Origin: a virus
Strand: one strand, 5' to 3'
IMG/VR virus record: IMGVR_UViG_3300028840_003687
Length of the DNA stretch: 64,000 nt
The first letter of the stretch is position 1. Each line of letters opens with the position of its first letter. Shown here one piece after another: positions 46,436 through 55,804 of this stretch. The notes below the pieces were generated by a model. The model was not told where the DNA came from and made no database searches. It saw only the letters and a program-made list of their open reading frames with translations. Made by a program: the position numbers and the translations under genes.

Positions 46436-47962
46436 TCAGCTCCGTACTTCGGCGGTGTTGGCCTTGTCGGTGACCGTGATTGTAGCGGATCCGGCCGTGA
46501 CGGTGGCGGAGGCCGCTCCTGCCGTGACGGAAGCCTCCGCGGCGGCAGCCGTGACGGTCACGTTCGGCGTGGTCGCAGTGACGGTCGCGTTCGCGGTGAC
46601 CGCGGTGACGATGAAGAGCGCCAGCCCGTCGGCGATCGCGTTTCCGCGGGGCTCAGCGAAGATGGTGGCCGTTCCACCCAGCTCCGAAGCGAGGTCAAGG
46701 ATCAACGACCCAGTCGCATCGAGCAGGGCATCGGCCGTGAGTTCGGTGGCCCCCAGGAGCGTGAGCACGCCGTCGGCGTCGAGAGCAGCCGCCGCGTCCA
46801 TCTCGGAAGCACCGGCGAGTTCGAGCTGCGGAGCTGCGTCGAGAGTCGCGTCCGCGGAGAGTTCGCTGTCCGCCTCGAACGTCAGTTCGCCTTCGGCGTC
46901 GACGGTCGCGTCCGCGGAGAGTTCGGAAGTGAGTTCGCCGGCGAGACTCGGGGTGGCGTCGAGGGTCGCGTCGGCTGCAAGCTCGGAATCGACGGAGATG
47001 GCGAGGGACGGAGCCGCGTCAACCGTGGCGTCGGCGGAAAGCTCGATCGCACCCGAGACCAGGATCTCGCTTTCAGCGTCGAGGGTCGCGTCAGCGGAGA
47101 GTTCGGAATCGACGGAGATGGCGAGGGACGGAGCGGCGTCGAGAGTCGCGTCCGCGGAGAGTTCGCTGTCCGCCTCGAACGTCAGTTCGCCTTCGGCGTC
47201 GAGGGTCGCATCACCCGACAGCTCTGCCGAGGCGTTGGCTCCCAGAGAAGGAGCCGCGTCGATGGTCGCGTCTCCGTCCAGCTCGGCTTCGGGGACCTCA
47301 TAGGAGATCTCCAGGATCGGGTTGAGGCTGGCTGCCTCCGCCGAGTTGATGTTCCACATCTGGCCGGCAGACGCGGATGGAACAGCCAGAATCGCCATCG
47401 GAACACCGCGTGCAGTGCGGTTAGTTTCGTTGTCGTTGAAGATGTTCTGGGCGTCGGTCAGGAACCCGGAATCAGTGGTGACCACATCGCCGGTGCCGGA
47501 CCCGGCGTCATTCCACTCCAGCCAATCCCCGGACGTAACTACCCCGTTCAGGAAGTTGGTGAAGAACCGAGCGGAGCCGCCTTCCCAGCCGGCGTCCGCG
47601 GCTCCCGTGCGGTTCGGGTACGGAAGAGACGCTGCGCTGGTTCCGTACTCACCCCATCCGAGATCGGACGCCTGCACGTTCCAGGTGCCATCCAGCTCCA
47701 GGAAGCCGACGCTGACGGTATGAGCCGCGGTTCCCGTCTTCGTGTTTACGTGGATGCGGAAGCTGACAGAAGTCAGTTCCGCTCCAAGCGGGATGTCCGG
47801 CTCGAAGATGAACCAGGTGGCCTGGTTCTGGAGGCTCTTCTGGACGCTGCCGATGTTATGCGTAGACGCCGACTGGGTGGTCGGGTTACCGGTGGGGCTG
47901 GCGTAGTTGGTGAAGAAGTCAGCTTGGTCGGTCGGAGTCGGGTTTACCGATACGGTAGGCAT
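46436..47962 (-). CDS. structural protein with ~8 tandem ~20-aa repeats (head fibre/decoration candidate)
   Basis: 508 aa; the C-terminal half is built of SELSADATLDAAPSLAISVD / ELTFEADSELSADATLDAEG-type repeats. Confidence 0.55.
   Translation of the reverse strand: MPTVSVNPTPTDQADFFTNYASPTGNPTTQSASTHNIGSVQKSLQNQATWFIFEPDIPLGAELTSVSFRIHVNTKTGTAAHTVSVGFLELDGTWNVQASDLGWGEYGTSAASLPYPNRTGAADAGWEGGSARFFTNFLNGVVTSGDWLEWNDAGSGTGDVVTTDSGFLTDAQNIFNDNETNRTARGVPMAILAVPSASAGQMWNINSAEAASLNPILEISYEVPEAELDGDATIDAAPSLGANASAELSGDATLDAEGELTFEADSELSADATLDAAPSLAISVDSELSADATLDAESEILVSGAIELSADATVDAAPSLAISVDSELAADATLDATPSLAGELTSELSADATVDAEGELTFEADSELSADATLDAAPQLELAGASEMDAAAALDADGVLTLLGATELTADALLDATGSLILDLASELGGTATIFAEPRGNAIADGLALFIVTAVTANATVTATTPNVTVTAAAAEASVTAGAASATVTAGSATITVTDKANTAEVRS
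46740..47250. repeat. nucleotide-level tandem/duplicated repeats inside the repeat-protein gene
   Basis: Near-identical blocks recur, e.g. GCGTCCGCGGAGAGTTCGCTGTCCGCCTCGAACGTCAGTTCGCCTTCGGCGTCGA at ~46850 and ~47150, and GAGTTCGGAATCGACGGAGATGGCGAGGGACGGAGC at ~46985 and ~47100. Confidence 0.6.
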
Positions 47963-47965
47963 GGT

Positions 47966-48793
47966 CTACCTCCGCCGGATCGGCTCAGCACTCACCGTGC
48001 GCGTCGGTCGCGTGTAGTCTTCGTACCGCGTTCCATCGTCTTCGGATTGCAGCTCCCGCTTGATCTCACGCGGAGCGTTCTCGACCGTCTCGTCTCCGAA
48101 TCGCACCTTGACGCCGTCGGCCATCTCTTCGAACACGTCGCGTCCGTACGTGTTGGTTCCGCGCGCGACATAACGCGAGTCGGGGTGCGTCGGCAGCTCC
48201 CACTCGACGAAGTCCACATCCAGCTCCCGGGCGTCAATCGTCACCAGATCGGTGTCCATGACCAGCCGGGCGATGGCTCCGGCTACCGCCGCAGAAGCCA
48301 CGGTCACCCTGTTGGTGACGATCGGAGGGTGTACGACGACAGGCCACCCTCGCAGTGTCAGCAGGCGGGAATCCATTTTGACCTGCTGGATGTTCGAGAT
48401 CAGCAGCGCCCCGGTGAAGTTGCGTCCCGCGATCGGGCGGATGCCCCACCAATGCAAGGGCAGCCACGGCTTCGAGATGAAGTCCGGAATGCCCACCCGC
48501 TCGAAGTTGGCCTGACCGAAATCCTCGAACGTTTGAGGCCGTCGGCCAGCCCGGCGGGTACTCTCAACATGATCAACGTAGGCGTTCAGCAGCGGACCGA
48601 GGCACGCCTCCTGATTGATGCAGGTCTCCTGGAAACCGAACGTGTCGTTCTCCTTCAGGAACTCCTGCATTCCCTGGTGCCATAGCATCCGGATACCGGA
48701 GGCCGTAGCGCTGGGCAGCGTGCGCACGTCGACCAGCTCCACGCCGAGGCGCGGGAAGACCACCGTCTCCACGGGTCCGAATGCGTCGGCCAT
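47966..48793 (-). CDS. hypothetical structural protein
   Basis: Start taken at MADAFGPVE (the ORF track extends to 48856); ~275 aa. Confidence 0.45.
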   Translation of the reverse strand: MADAFGPVETVVFPRLGVELVDVRTLPSATASGIRMLWHQGMQEFLKENDTFGFQETCINQEACLGPLLNAYVDHVESTRRAGRRPQTFEDFGQANFERVGIPDFISKPWLPLHWWGIRPIAGRNFTGALLISNIQQVKMDSRLLTLRGWPVVVHPPIVTNRVTVASAAVAGAIARLVMDTDLVTIDARELDVDFVEWELPTHPDSRYVARGTNTYGRDVFEEMADGVKVRFGDETVENAPREIKRELQSEDDGTRYEDYTRPTRTVSAEPIRRR

Positions 48794-48806
48794 GGGCCAC
48801 CCCCTA

Positions 48807-49202
48807 CTAGGCCAGGGTGATGCCCAGAGCGTCCGCCGGGAAGGAGAACACGTCATCGGCCACGACCGCGCGGGACGTGGTGAGCGCGCCGTGGAAGAGC
48901 AGGTTGCCGCCGCTCGAGGCGTCGAAGACGCCCACGTGGGTCACCGTGCCCCAGGAGCCCGTCGCCGTCGGGAACGTGATCGCCGAGGTGTTGCCTGCGC
49001 GGGTCGCCGTACCGGAGATGGTGAACCCACCGGTGACGGTCACGCGCGCGTACGAACCGCCCGAGACCTCGGTGCCACCGCCCGAATCCGACGGTGCCGC
49101 CGTGAAGAGCGCGACGTACACGCTCGTCGGAGAGGTGTACGCGTTGTTATTCAGGATGTGATCCAGGAGTTCGCTCTCCAGGTAGTCACTCATCGCCGCC
49201 AT
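48807..49202 (-). CDS. conserved phage hypothetical protein
   Basis: 131 aa; the MAAMSDYLESELLDHIL...VYVALFT...GGSYARV...WGTVTHVGVFDA pattern recurs in unrelated phages (recalled, not searched). Confidence 0.45.
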   Translation of the reverse strand: MAAMSDYLESELLDHILNNNAYTSPTSVYVALFTAAPSDSGGGTEVSGGSYARVTVTGGFTISGTATRAGNTSAITFPTATGSWGTVTHVGVFDASSGGNLLFHGALTTSRAVVADDVFSFPADALGITLA

Positions 49203-49204
49203 GT

Positions 49205-50620
49205 TCAGTCCTCACTCTGTGCAGAATTGTCGTCCTGCATGTCCTCGTTCGGGTCGTTGCTTGCCATCAGGCTGACGAGGGCGTTCAGGTCGACCTCGTT
49301 CTGATCGGACAGGCCCATGATCGAACGGATCTCGTTGATCGCCGGGTCATCAGGGGCCAACATCGCGCCGGCCGACGCCATGGACTGTAGCGCAGTGGTG
49401 ATCTCCGCCACGTCCTGGAACGCGATCTGCTCCGTCCGGAAGGTGGGCATCTTGTCCTCGGGCCACCCGTTGATCCGGAAGAGCGTCTTCACGACGTCGT
49501 TCTGCATCGCCCATCGGATCTCCTTCAGCGAGGAGTCGACCATGAGCGCGAAGTTGTCGCTCTTCTGCTTCGACATCGCGAACGAGCCCGCGCCGTCCGA
49601 CCCAAGCATCAGCTCTTCGACGCCCATGATCCGCGCCATCTCCCGGTTCAGCCGTTCGATCGCGGTGGCCACGGCGACGGCGGAGTCCGCGCTGCCCGAG
49701 GTCATCGTCTCGACGTCCCACTGCCGGTTCGCCGTCGGGGTCTGCGTGTCGCCCAGGCCGGTGTACACGGCCGAGTCGATCATGAGCCCTGCGTTCGGGC
49801 GCCGCGCGTGGTCCGCGAGGAAGCTGACGAGTGCGGAAGTCGCCGCGGTCGCCTGCTCCTGCGTGATCTTCCCGCTCATCAGGTTCGTGTTGATCTGCGC
49901 GAGCGGAGCCCGGACGATCGGCACACCTTGCAGATCCATCTCGTAGCCGTAGGTCTCGAGCCGCTGCAGCTCCGCGAGCGTTTCCGCCGGCTTCGTCAGC
50001 TGCCGCAGGATGCCCAGGCCCTCGGGCGAGTCTTCGAGCGCATCGTCCACCACGTAGACCGTCTTGGCCCGAGGCAGGTAGATGTACTCGAAGCTATTCG
50101 GGTTCTTCTGGATGCAGCCGATGACGTTGCCGTCCGCTTCCGTGTCCCACTGCTCGATCGTGTTCTGCGGTCGGGGCGCGATGTCGAGAAGCCCGAAGGT
50201 TCCGTCCTCTTCTCTCTTCGCAATCCATTCTTGTACCGAGAACCCGTAAAACCGGTACATTCCAGCCGAACGAACGACTCGGGTCCACGGTCGGCGCATG
50301 TTGTTGATGATCGACTCGACTTTTTCTGCCAGTTCTTCCGATTCAGCGGTGGTGTCCGCCGGGTCGAGCGTCCAGTTCGCCTTGGACAGCAGGTTCAGGT
50401 AGTAGCGAGTGCCGGCCGCGACGATCGAGACATTCGCGATGATGTCCTTCCAGGTCGCATAGCGTCGGGTGCCGACGAGGTCCGCGTTGCTCTCGTCGCG
50501 CTGGACGAAGCCGCCGGTGACTCGGAAGCCGGCCGTACCGCGGATGTCGATCGGGCTGGGGGACTCGGTCCGGGCCACCGCCTGGGGTGCTCGCGCTGTG
50601 TTCAGAAACTCGACGGCCAT
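49205..50620 (-). CDS. portal protein
   Basis: 471 aa, immediately downstream of the terminase large subunit, acidic C-terminus. Confidence 0.55.
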   Translation of the reverse strand: MAVEFLNTARAPQAVARTESPSPIDIRGTAGFRVTGGFVQRDESNADLVGTRRYATWKDIIANVSIVAAGTRYYLNLLSKANWTLDPADTTAESEELAEKVESIINNMRRPWTRVVRSAGMYRFYGFSVQEWIAKREEDGTFGLLDIAPRPQNTIEQWDTEADGNVIGCIQKNPNSFEYIYLPRAKTVYVVDDALEDSPEGLGILRQLTKPAETLAELQRLETYGYEMDLQGVPIVRAPLAQINTNLMSGKITQEQATAATSALVSFLADHARRPNAGLMIDSAVYTGLGDTQTPTANRQWDVETMTSGSADSAVAVATAIERLNREMARIMGVEELMLGSDGAGSFAMSKQKSDNFALMVDSSLKEIRWAMQNDVVKTLFRINGWPEDKMPTFRTEQIAFQDVAEITTALQSMASAGAMLAPDDPAINEIRSIMGLSDQNEVDLNALVSLMASNDPNEDMQDDNSAQSED

Positions 50621-50630
50621 CTAGACTCCC

Positions 50631-52289
50631 TCAGCGATTGAACGGGACGATCATCGGTGCGGATCCGACGATCGCGGTCTTCTGCATGGTGAGACGCATG
50701 AAGGCCCGCGACAGCGCATCTGCCTGATCCTTGAACTCGCCGTTGGGGAACAAGCATAGCTCATTCACGAGAGAATCGTTCCAGCCCGCCCGCAGGAGGT
50801 AGAGGTTCCCCGCTTCGCACTGGGCCTGCGCCGGCCGGATCCGCTGCTCCTTCGATCCCGACTCTGGGCTCGAGTACGCGTCGTAGCCCGCGAGGCTGTC
50901 GATGAAGGCGGATCGCTGGAATTTCCCTGCCTGGCCGGGGTCTTGGGGGATGTCGACCATGACTTCGTGCCCATCCGCCTCGGTCGTGCGGATCAGCGCC
51001 TGCTCCACCTCGAACGGCGAGAGCCGCTCCCGCAGCACGTCGAGGATCACGAACCCGCCCTTGAACCGCCCGAGCTTCAGCCCCACCGTGTACGGGCTCT
51101 TCTTCCGCTCGCTGCCTGCGAAGTCCCAGCCGCGCACGATCTCACCGCACTCCGGCGCGATGTCCAGGAACCGGAAGTCGGAGCGCTGGAACGCGCCACC
51201 GCCGCGCGGCGCCGGCCGCTGCTGCAGCTGACCAGCCTCGGCGTACGATCCGCCCCAGCTCCGGAACGCGTTCTTCAGCTCCTCGACCGACTCGTACGTG
51301 AACCGCTCGGGCCAGAGCAGCTCCCCGTCTTCGCTCCGCCGATCCTGGCACCACACGGTCTTGAACTCGCCGGCCCAGTCCTCGGGCGCGCGGGTCCGAT
51401 CGTCACCTTCGGGGAGATCGCGCCGCTCCTCCAGCTCCTCCTCCGTCAGCCACTCCGGCAGCGCCATCCCCTCCGTGATGAACCGGACGCGCCGCTCGGG
51501 GGGAGAGTCCTTCCGCGGGACGACGGAGAAGCTCCGGGTCGCCTTCTCGAACTCCATCGGCAGGCAGAGGTGCTCGTAGTCCAGCTCCTTGCTCAGGATC
51601 AGACCACTCACGTCCCGCTCGTGAATCCGCTGCATGATCACGACGATCGCGGACTTCGAAGGCTGGTTCAGACGCGTGGGGAGCGTTTCGGAGAACCACC
51701 GGAGCGCGTCTTCCCGGACCACCTCGGACTCCAGATCCCGGACAGCATGAGGATCATCAAGGATGATGCGATCACCACGATGGCCAGTAAGTCCACTGCC
51801 AGTAGAACTAGCTTGTCGCCAACCCGTCTGGTCGTTCTCGTAGCGGATCTTCGCATTCTGATCGCCCTTGAACTGCCAGACGTCGCCCCAGTTCTCCTGG
51901 TACCACTCCGAGAGCGCGAGGTCGCGTGAACGGATGTGGTCGCGAATCGGCAGCCCTTGGTCGTACGCGCAGGTGATGTACCGATAGGTGGGCAGTCTAG
52001 CAGGCCCCCACTCGTACATCGGCCAGAACACCGAAGACGACATCGACTTCGTGCAGCCAGGCGGGACGTTGATCAGCAGCCGCCGGATCTCGCCGTCAGT
52101 CACCGCTTGCAGATGCTCGCAGATGGCCTCGACCGCCCAGCCGTAGACGAACTCCGCCCCGGGTTCGAGCGCGTGCCACCCCGCCTTCATGAACTCGAGC
52201 AGGGAATCCGCCGCCTGGGCTTTCGCCAGCTCGCGCTGGGTCTGCTCCGGGTCGCGCAGGAACGGAAGCAGGAGTTCTAGACTGTCCAT
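50631..52289 (-). CDS. terminase large subunit
   Basis: Start at MDSLELL (overlaps the upstream stop); ATPase motifs VPPGCTKS (Walker A-like) and GDRIILDDPH (Walker B); C-terminal nuclease region. Confidence 0.75.
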   Translation of the reverse strand: MDSLELLLPFLRDPEQTQRELAKAQAADSLLEFMKAGWHALEPGAEFVYGWAVEAICEHLQAVTDGEIRRLLINVPPGCTKSMSSSVFWPMYEWGPARLPTYRYITCAYDQGLPIRDHIRSRDLALSEWYQENWGDVWQFKGDQNAKIRYENDQTGWRQASSTGSGLTGHRGDRIILDDPHAVRDLESEVVREDALRWFSETLPTRLNQPSKSAIVVIMQRIHERDVSGLILSKELDYEHLCLPMEFEKATRSFSVVPRKDSPPERRVRFITEGMALPEWLTEEELEERRDLPEGDDRTRAPEDWAGEFKTVWCQDRRSEDGELLWPERFTYESVEELKNAFRSWGGSYAEAGQLQQRPAPRGGGAFQRSDFRFLDIAPECGEIVRGWDFAGSERKKSPYTVGLKLGRFKGGFVILDVLRERLSPFEVEQALIRTTEADGHEVMVDIPQDPGQAGKFQRSAFIDSLAGYDAYSSPESGSKEQRIRPAQAQCEAGNLYLLRAGWNDSLVNELCLFPNGEFKDQADALSRAFMRLTMQKTAIVGSAPMIVPFNR

Positions 52290-52696
52290 CAGGGGAGCAC
52301 CTTGGGCAGGACCGAAACGCTCAGGAAGGCGAGAGCGTCGGCTTCGGGAACGGCGCCCTTCGGGTCGGAGCATATCACGTAGTCGAACCGCCGACCGCCC
52401 AGGGCGGAACCCCATGAGGCGTAGTGGATCGAGCCGCCCTCGTCGTTGTGGAGGGTCATGTAGTCTCGGCGCGCGCCCGTGATCCGCTGCGCGCGCTTGA
52501 GGTAGCGCTTCGCCAGCTCCATGGTGCTGGTGAGGACGAAAACGCGGGCCGCTTCGGAGACGTCGCCCCAGATGTGGGCTGGAAAGTCCGCGGAGCACCA
52601 CTCGGCGCGATCGGGATCGTGGATCGCGTAGAGGGAGCTGTTGCAGTGGACCGTGACGGAAGGGTCGAATTGAAAGGCGGTATCTGCGTAGGACAT
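52289..52696 (-). CDS. hypothetical protein (a terminase small-subunit role is possible)
   Basis: 135-aa ORF immediately upstream of TerL with stop/start overlap. Confidence 0.4.
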   Translation of the reverse strand: MSYADTAFQFDPSVTVHCNSSLYAIHDPDRAEWCSADFPAHIWGDVSEAARVFVLTSTMELAKRYLKRAQRITGARRDYMTLHNDEGGSIHYASWGSALGGRRFDYVICSDPKGAVPEADALAFLSVSVLPKVLP

Positions 52697-52980
52697 CAGG
52701 ACTGATCCCAGTGGTTGGGGGGCTTCACGACGGTGCGGACCCAGGCTTCGGACTTTCCGATTCGCTTTGCGATCGCGCGGGGGTGGAGTCCCTGCTCGAA
52801 GAGCCGTTTGGCACGGCGCGCTTTGCGCTGGGCGGAAGCTCGAGGTGGCTTCTCGATGTCGAAGGGGACGTTGGTGACAGGGCCAGCGGTGGACTGGCTC
52901 TTCTGCACGACGTTCGTCGCGAGGGAATCGAGGTCCGGGCAGAGCGGGTCGTCTACGATGATTACGGTGGGGGAATTCAT
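52696..52980 (-). CDS. HTH DNA-binding protein
   Basis: 94 aa; C-terminal helix-turn-helix LHPRAIAKRIGKSEAWVRTVV; first gene leftward of the repeat region. Confidence 0.45.
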   Translation of the reverse strand: MNSPTVIIVDDPLCPDLDSLATNVVQKSQSTAGPVTNVPFDIEKPPRASAQRKARRAKRLFEQGLHPRAIAKRIGKSEAWVRTVVKPPNHWDQS

Positions 52981-53039
52981 GGTGTTAGTTGGGCGCCTCG
53001 GGTTTCAAAATTTTTTGTGGGAAATTTGGCGATTCGGTT

Positions 53040-53790
53040 TTTGATTTTTGCTTATCGATTGCCAGGTCGCAAATGAGCAATATGGATGCAATTTGCCAGC
53101 AATTTGCGCATTGCCTGCTTCTTCGTTGCACATGAGTTGCGCATTCTGCACATGCCTTGCCTCCTACTTGCACATTGCTTGCTCATAAGCTGCTCATTTT
53201 GCGTATGACTTGCATATCAAACTCACATTTGTGATGCATACATGCACATGAGTTGCTCATTTTGCCTATAAGCTGCCCCCATACTGCGCACCCCTTGCAC
53301 ATGAGTTGCTCATTTTGCACATGACATGCACACCATCTGCCCCCTTCTGCCTATAAGCTGCCCCTCCCCTGCATCCGAGTTGCTCATTTTGCCTGTCCCA
53401 TGCACCCCCCTTGCACACGGGGTGCCTGTGGGCTGCGCATTCTGCACATGGGGTGCCTGCTGGATGCCCCCCTTCTGCACACCCCCTTCCTAAGATGCCC
53501 CCTTCCTGCACACCCCCTTCCTGTGGGCTGCGCTCGAGTTGCGCATTCTGCCGGTCCGCTGCCGGGAAGGTTCTGGCATTTGCTAGCAGGTGCGTGTTAG
53601 TTGCCGGTCCGCTTCTAGAACCTTCTCGCAGCGAGTGCGCAACTCGATCCGCCGCTGCACATTTCTTGCTAGCAGGTTCCGGCATCTGCGCATGCCAACT
53701 TTCGCGGCGGCACCCCGCTAGCGCCCCGATAGCACCCCGTGCGCAACTGCAAGGGGCCGGCAACCGATGCGCACCTGCTAGCACCTGCAC
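53040..53790. repeat. repeat-dense non-coding region (origin / pac / operator array candidate)
   Basis: >=4 copies of TGCACATGAGTTGCTCATTTTGC (contains the dyad ATGAG-TTG-CTCAT) and variants (GAGTTGCGCATTCTGC x3); CCTATAAGCTGCCCC x3; GCACACCCCCTTCC x3; GCTAGC-containing TGCTAGCAGG x3; no credible ORF (the 53266..53880 ORF is rejected). Confidence 0.7.
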
Positions 53791-53791
53791 G

Positions 53792-54412
53792 CTAGTTGCC
53801 TTCGCTCGAGACTTGCACATCGACTGCGCTCGAGATTCCTTCGTTTTGCAGGTCCTCTTCCGTAGGCACCAGACCGGCAAGCTCTGAGAGGACGATGCGC
53901 AACGCTCGCCGCCCTTCGGGGGAAAGCTTCTGCACGAGAGTTGCGTCTAGCGCGCCGACTCCCTGCTGCTTCTCTGCCGGCAGGTCGCCGATCACCCGAT
54001 CGGCACGATCTATGACTTTCGCCAGCAACCCATCGGCATATTGCGTGACTGTCCCCACGGGTTCGCCATCCCGGTTGAACCGATCAACTTGCACGCCTTC
54101 TACCGCTCGGCGGGTGGCTTCCCGCACCAAAGAATCACGATACCTGCACACTGCCTCCCGGACTGCTGCCGCGAATTCTGGCACCCTTGCCTGGTAGGTG
54201 CGTGCGACTTGCGTGCTGCACCCCGCGACATCGGCAGCGCGTGCGAGTCCGCCATGCGTTTCGACTTCCCGCAGGTACACCGCGCGAGCAGGCGCCGGGA
54301 ATGTGACCGGCATGTAACCCGCAGACGTGTCGCGGGCCCGCTCAATGACTTCTAAGGCCTCGATGGCCCGCTCCCGCTCCCGCTCCGATTTTACGATTTC
54401 ATCCTCGCTCAT
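53792..54412 (-). CDS. putative terminase small subunit / DNA-binding protein
   Basis: 206 aa; N-terminal HTH-like LREVETHGGLARAADVAGCSTQVARTY resembles the TerS N-terminal DNA-binding pattern; first gene of the leftward block. Confidence 0.4.
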   Translation of the reverse strand: MSEDEIVKSERERERAIEALEVIERARDTSAGYMPVTFPAPARAVYLREVETHGGLARAADVAGCSTQVARTYQARVPEFAAAVREAVCRYRDSLVREATRRAVEGVQVDRFNRDGEPVGTVTQYADGLLAKVIDRADRVIGDLPAEKQQGVGALDATLVQKLSPEGRRALRIVLSELAGLVPTEEDLQNEGISSAVDVQVSSEGN

Positions 54413-54479
54413 GGCCCCTCACATAGCCCAGCGGGCACGATAGGACCACCCCTAAAAGCATGGGTAAAGATTTTCTCTG

Positions 54480-54570
54480 GTGCTGGTAATAGTTCACGTA
54501 AGTACCTGTTTTTATTATACTTTACTAGTAACACTAGTAACACTAGTAAATATACATATTAGACACGCAT
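54480..54570. repeat. AT-rich island with ACTAGTAAC tandem repeats at the divergence point
   Basis: TTTTTATTATACTTTACTAGTAACACTAGTAACACTAGTAAATATACATATTAG inside an otherwise GC-rich genome. Confidence 0.5.
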
Positions 54571-54814
54571 CGCCCCATCACCCCTGCGCAGCGCACCCGC
54601 GTTTTTCCCCCACGCAACTCGCGCCCCCTACCGGTGCTGGTGTACCACACGCAACTTCGATCCTAACTCCGCGTCCCATAAGCGAAAATCGACGCACCGG
54701 TGTCTAAAAATTGCCAGTGCTTCCCGGTGCAGAAATTGCCCCCACGGGTACACTTTCGCCCCCTTATCGCCCAAAATGCGCAACTCGAGCGCAAATCGCG
54801 TTTTTTGTCCGCCA

Positions 54815-54888
54815 CCCCCTCAAGCTTTCGCGCCACCCACCGATAGATCAGTCACGGCCCACCGAACGGGCCGCAGGAGCAAACCAGA
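54815..54888 (+). promoter_or_regulatory. conserved promoter/leader cassette copy 1
   Basis: CCCTCAAGC-N15-CCGATAGAT...GGAGCAAACCAGA-ATG. Confidence 0.5.
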
Positions 54889-55053
54889 ATGAGCGAAACC
54901 ATGGTCCAACTCGTAACCGTCGACCCCACCGAACGCGTGGAGCGCGTCGTGCCCCTCGGGTTCGCCTATGCGCAACTCGGGTGCGGATACCAGCGGGTGA
55001 CGATTTCCGACCCCGAGACCGGCATCGTCATGCAGCAGGAAAGCAACTCATGA
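54889..55053 (+). CDS. small hypothetical protein
   Basis: 54 aa, preceded by the GGAGCAAACC leader; ATGA overlap with the next gene. Confidence 0.4.
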   Translation: MSETMVQLVTVDPTERVERVVPLGFAYAQLGCGYQRVTISDPETGIVMQQESNS

Positions 55054-55487
55054 GCAAGCGAATCCCGAACAACGCCCGCAGCCGAGTTGCCGCTTGGCTG
55101 CACGAAAACGAGCCCGTCCGCAATTTGCGCATCGAATGCGTCGAACATGCCACCCGCAGGGAAATCCCTGTTGCGGACGCGATGCGTGCTCTCGAACAGG
55201 CAAATCTCGCGCGCTTTATCCCGGGGGTGGGATGGGTGTCGAATTTCGTCACCGGCGACAAGTGCGCAGAACTCGCGCAACACGAGCGCAGCGGGAAGGG
55301 GTGGTTCGTCCGCTCGGAGCGCAAGCGCAAGGCACCGGCAACTCTCGAGCATCCCGACCGATGCGCAGATCCTGCGCAGGTGACGTGCAACTCGTGTGAG
55401 TCTTCGTGGTGCGAGCGCTGCGATCCGGCGCCCGGTCCGCTCTGCCACGTCTGCCACGGTCGCGGATACTCGACTGCGCAACTCTAG
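55050..55487 (+). CDS. hypothetical protein with C-terminal zinc-ribbon
   Basis: 145 aa from MSKRIP; C-terminus CNSCESSWCERCDPAPGPLCHVCHGRG. Confidence 0.5.
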   Translation: MSKRIPNNARSRVAAWLHENEPVRNLRIECVEHATRREIPVADAMRALEQANLARFIPGVGWVSNFVTGDKCAELAQHERSGKGWFVRSERKRKAPATLEHPDRCADPAQVTCNSCESSWCERCDPAPGPLCHVCHGRGYSTAQL

Positions 55488-55514
55488 CGCAACAAACAAA
55501 AATCGCGTTCGGCA

Positions 55515-55598
55515 GCGAAAAACCTCTAAGGTTATTCGGGGCCCGACCGATAGGTATATCATAAGGGGCAGCAAACCAGCCCCCAGGAGCAAACCAAA
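55515..55598 (+). promoter_or_regulatory. conserved promoter/leader cassette copy 2
   Basis: GAAAAACCTCTAAGG-N15-CCGATAGG-TATATCATAAGG...GGAGCAAACCAAA-ATG. Confidence 0.5.
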
Positions 55599-55721
55599 AT
55601 GAAGCTTGTTTTCGCCGCCCTCGCCCTCGGATTTTTCGCCCTCGCCATGCAGGTCGATATCCCCGACGCCTCGAACCACACCGGCAACGTTCACGCGAAC
55701 GCGCAGCTTGCTGGCAACTAA
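55599..55721 (+). CDS. small secreted/membrane peptide
   Basis: 40 aa MKLVFAALALGFFALAMQ... (below track threshold), preceded by the conserved leader, ends ...LAGN-TAA. Confidence 0.35.
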   Translation: MKLVFAALALGFFALAMQVDIPDASNHTGNVHANAQLAGN

Positions 55722-55804
55722 CTCGCGCCACGCGCGCCAGCCGATCGCCTCGCACCCTCACGGGTCGCGAGGTTTTCGCGGTAGAAACTAACGGAGCAAA
55801 CCTA

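Noticed and set aside
53040-53790. Possible CRISPR array
   Set aside because: Repeats are heterogeneous in sequence and spacing (23-mers, 15-mers, 10-mers interleaved); no uniform repeat-spacer periodicity and no cas genes in the window.
53266-53880. 204-aa - strand ORF inside the 53-kb repeat region (also + ORFs 53400..53600, 53411..53887)
   Set aside because: Translation of tandem repeats (Cys/Ala/His-rich periodic sequence) with no start context; region judged non-coding.
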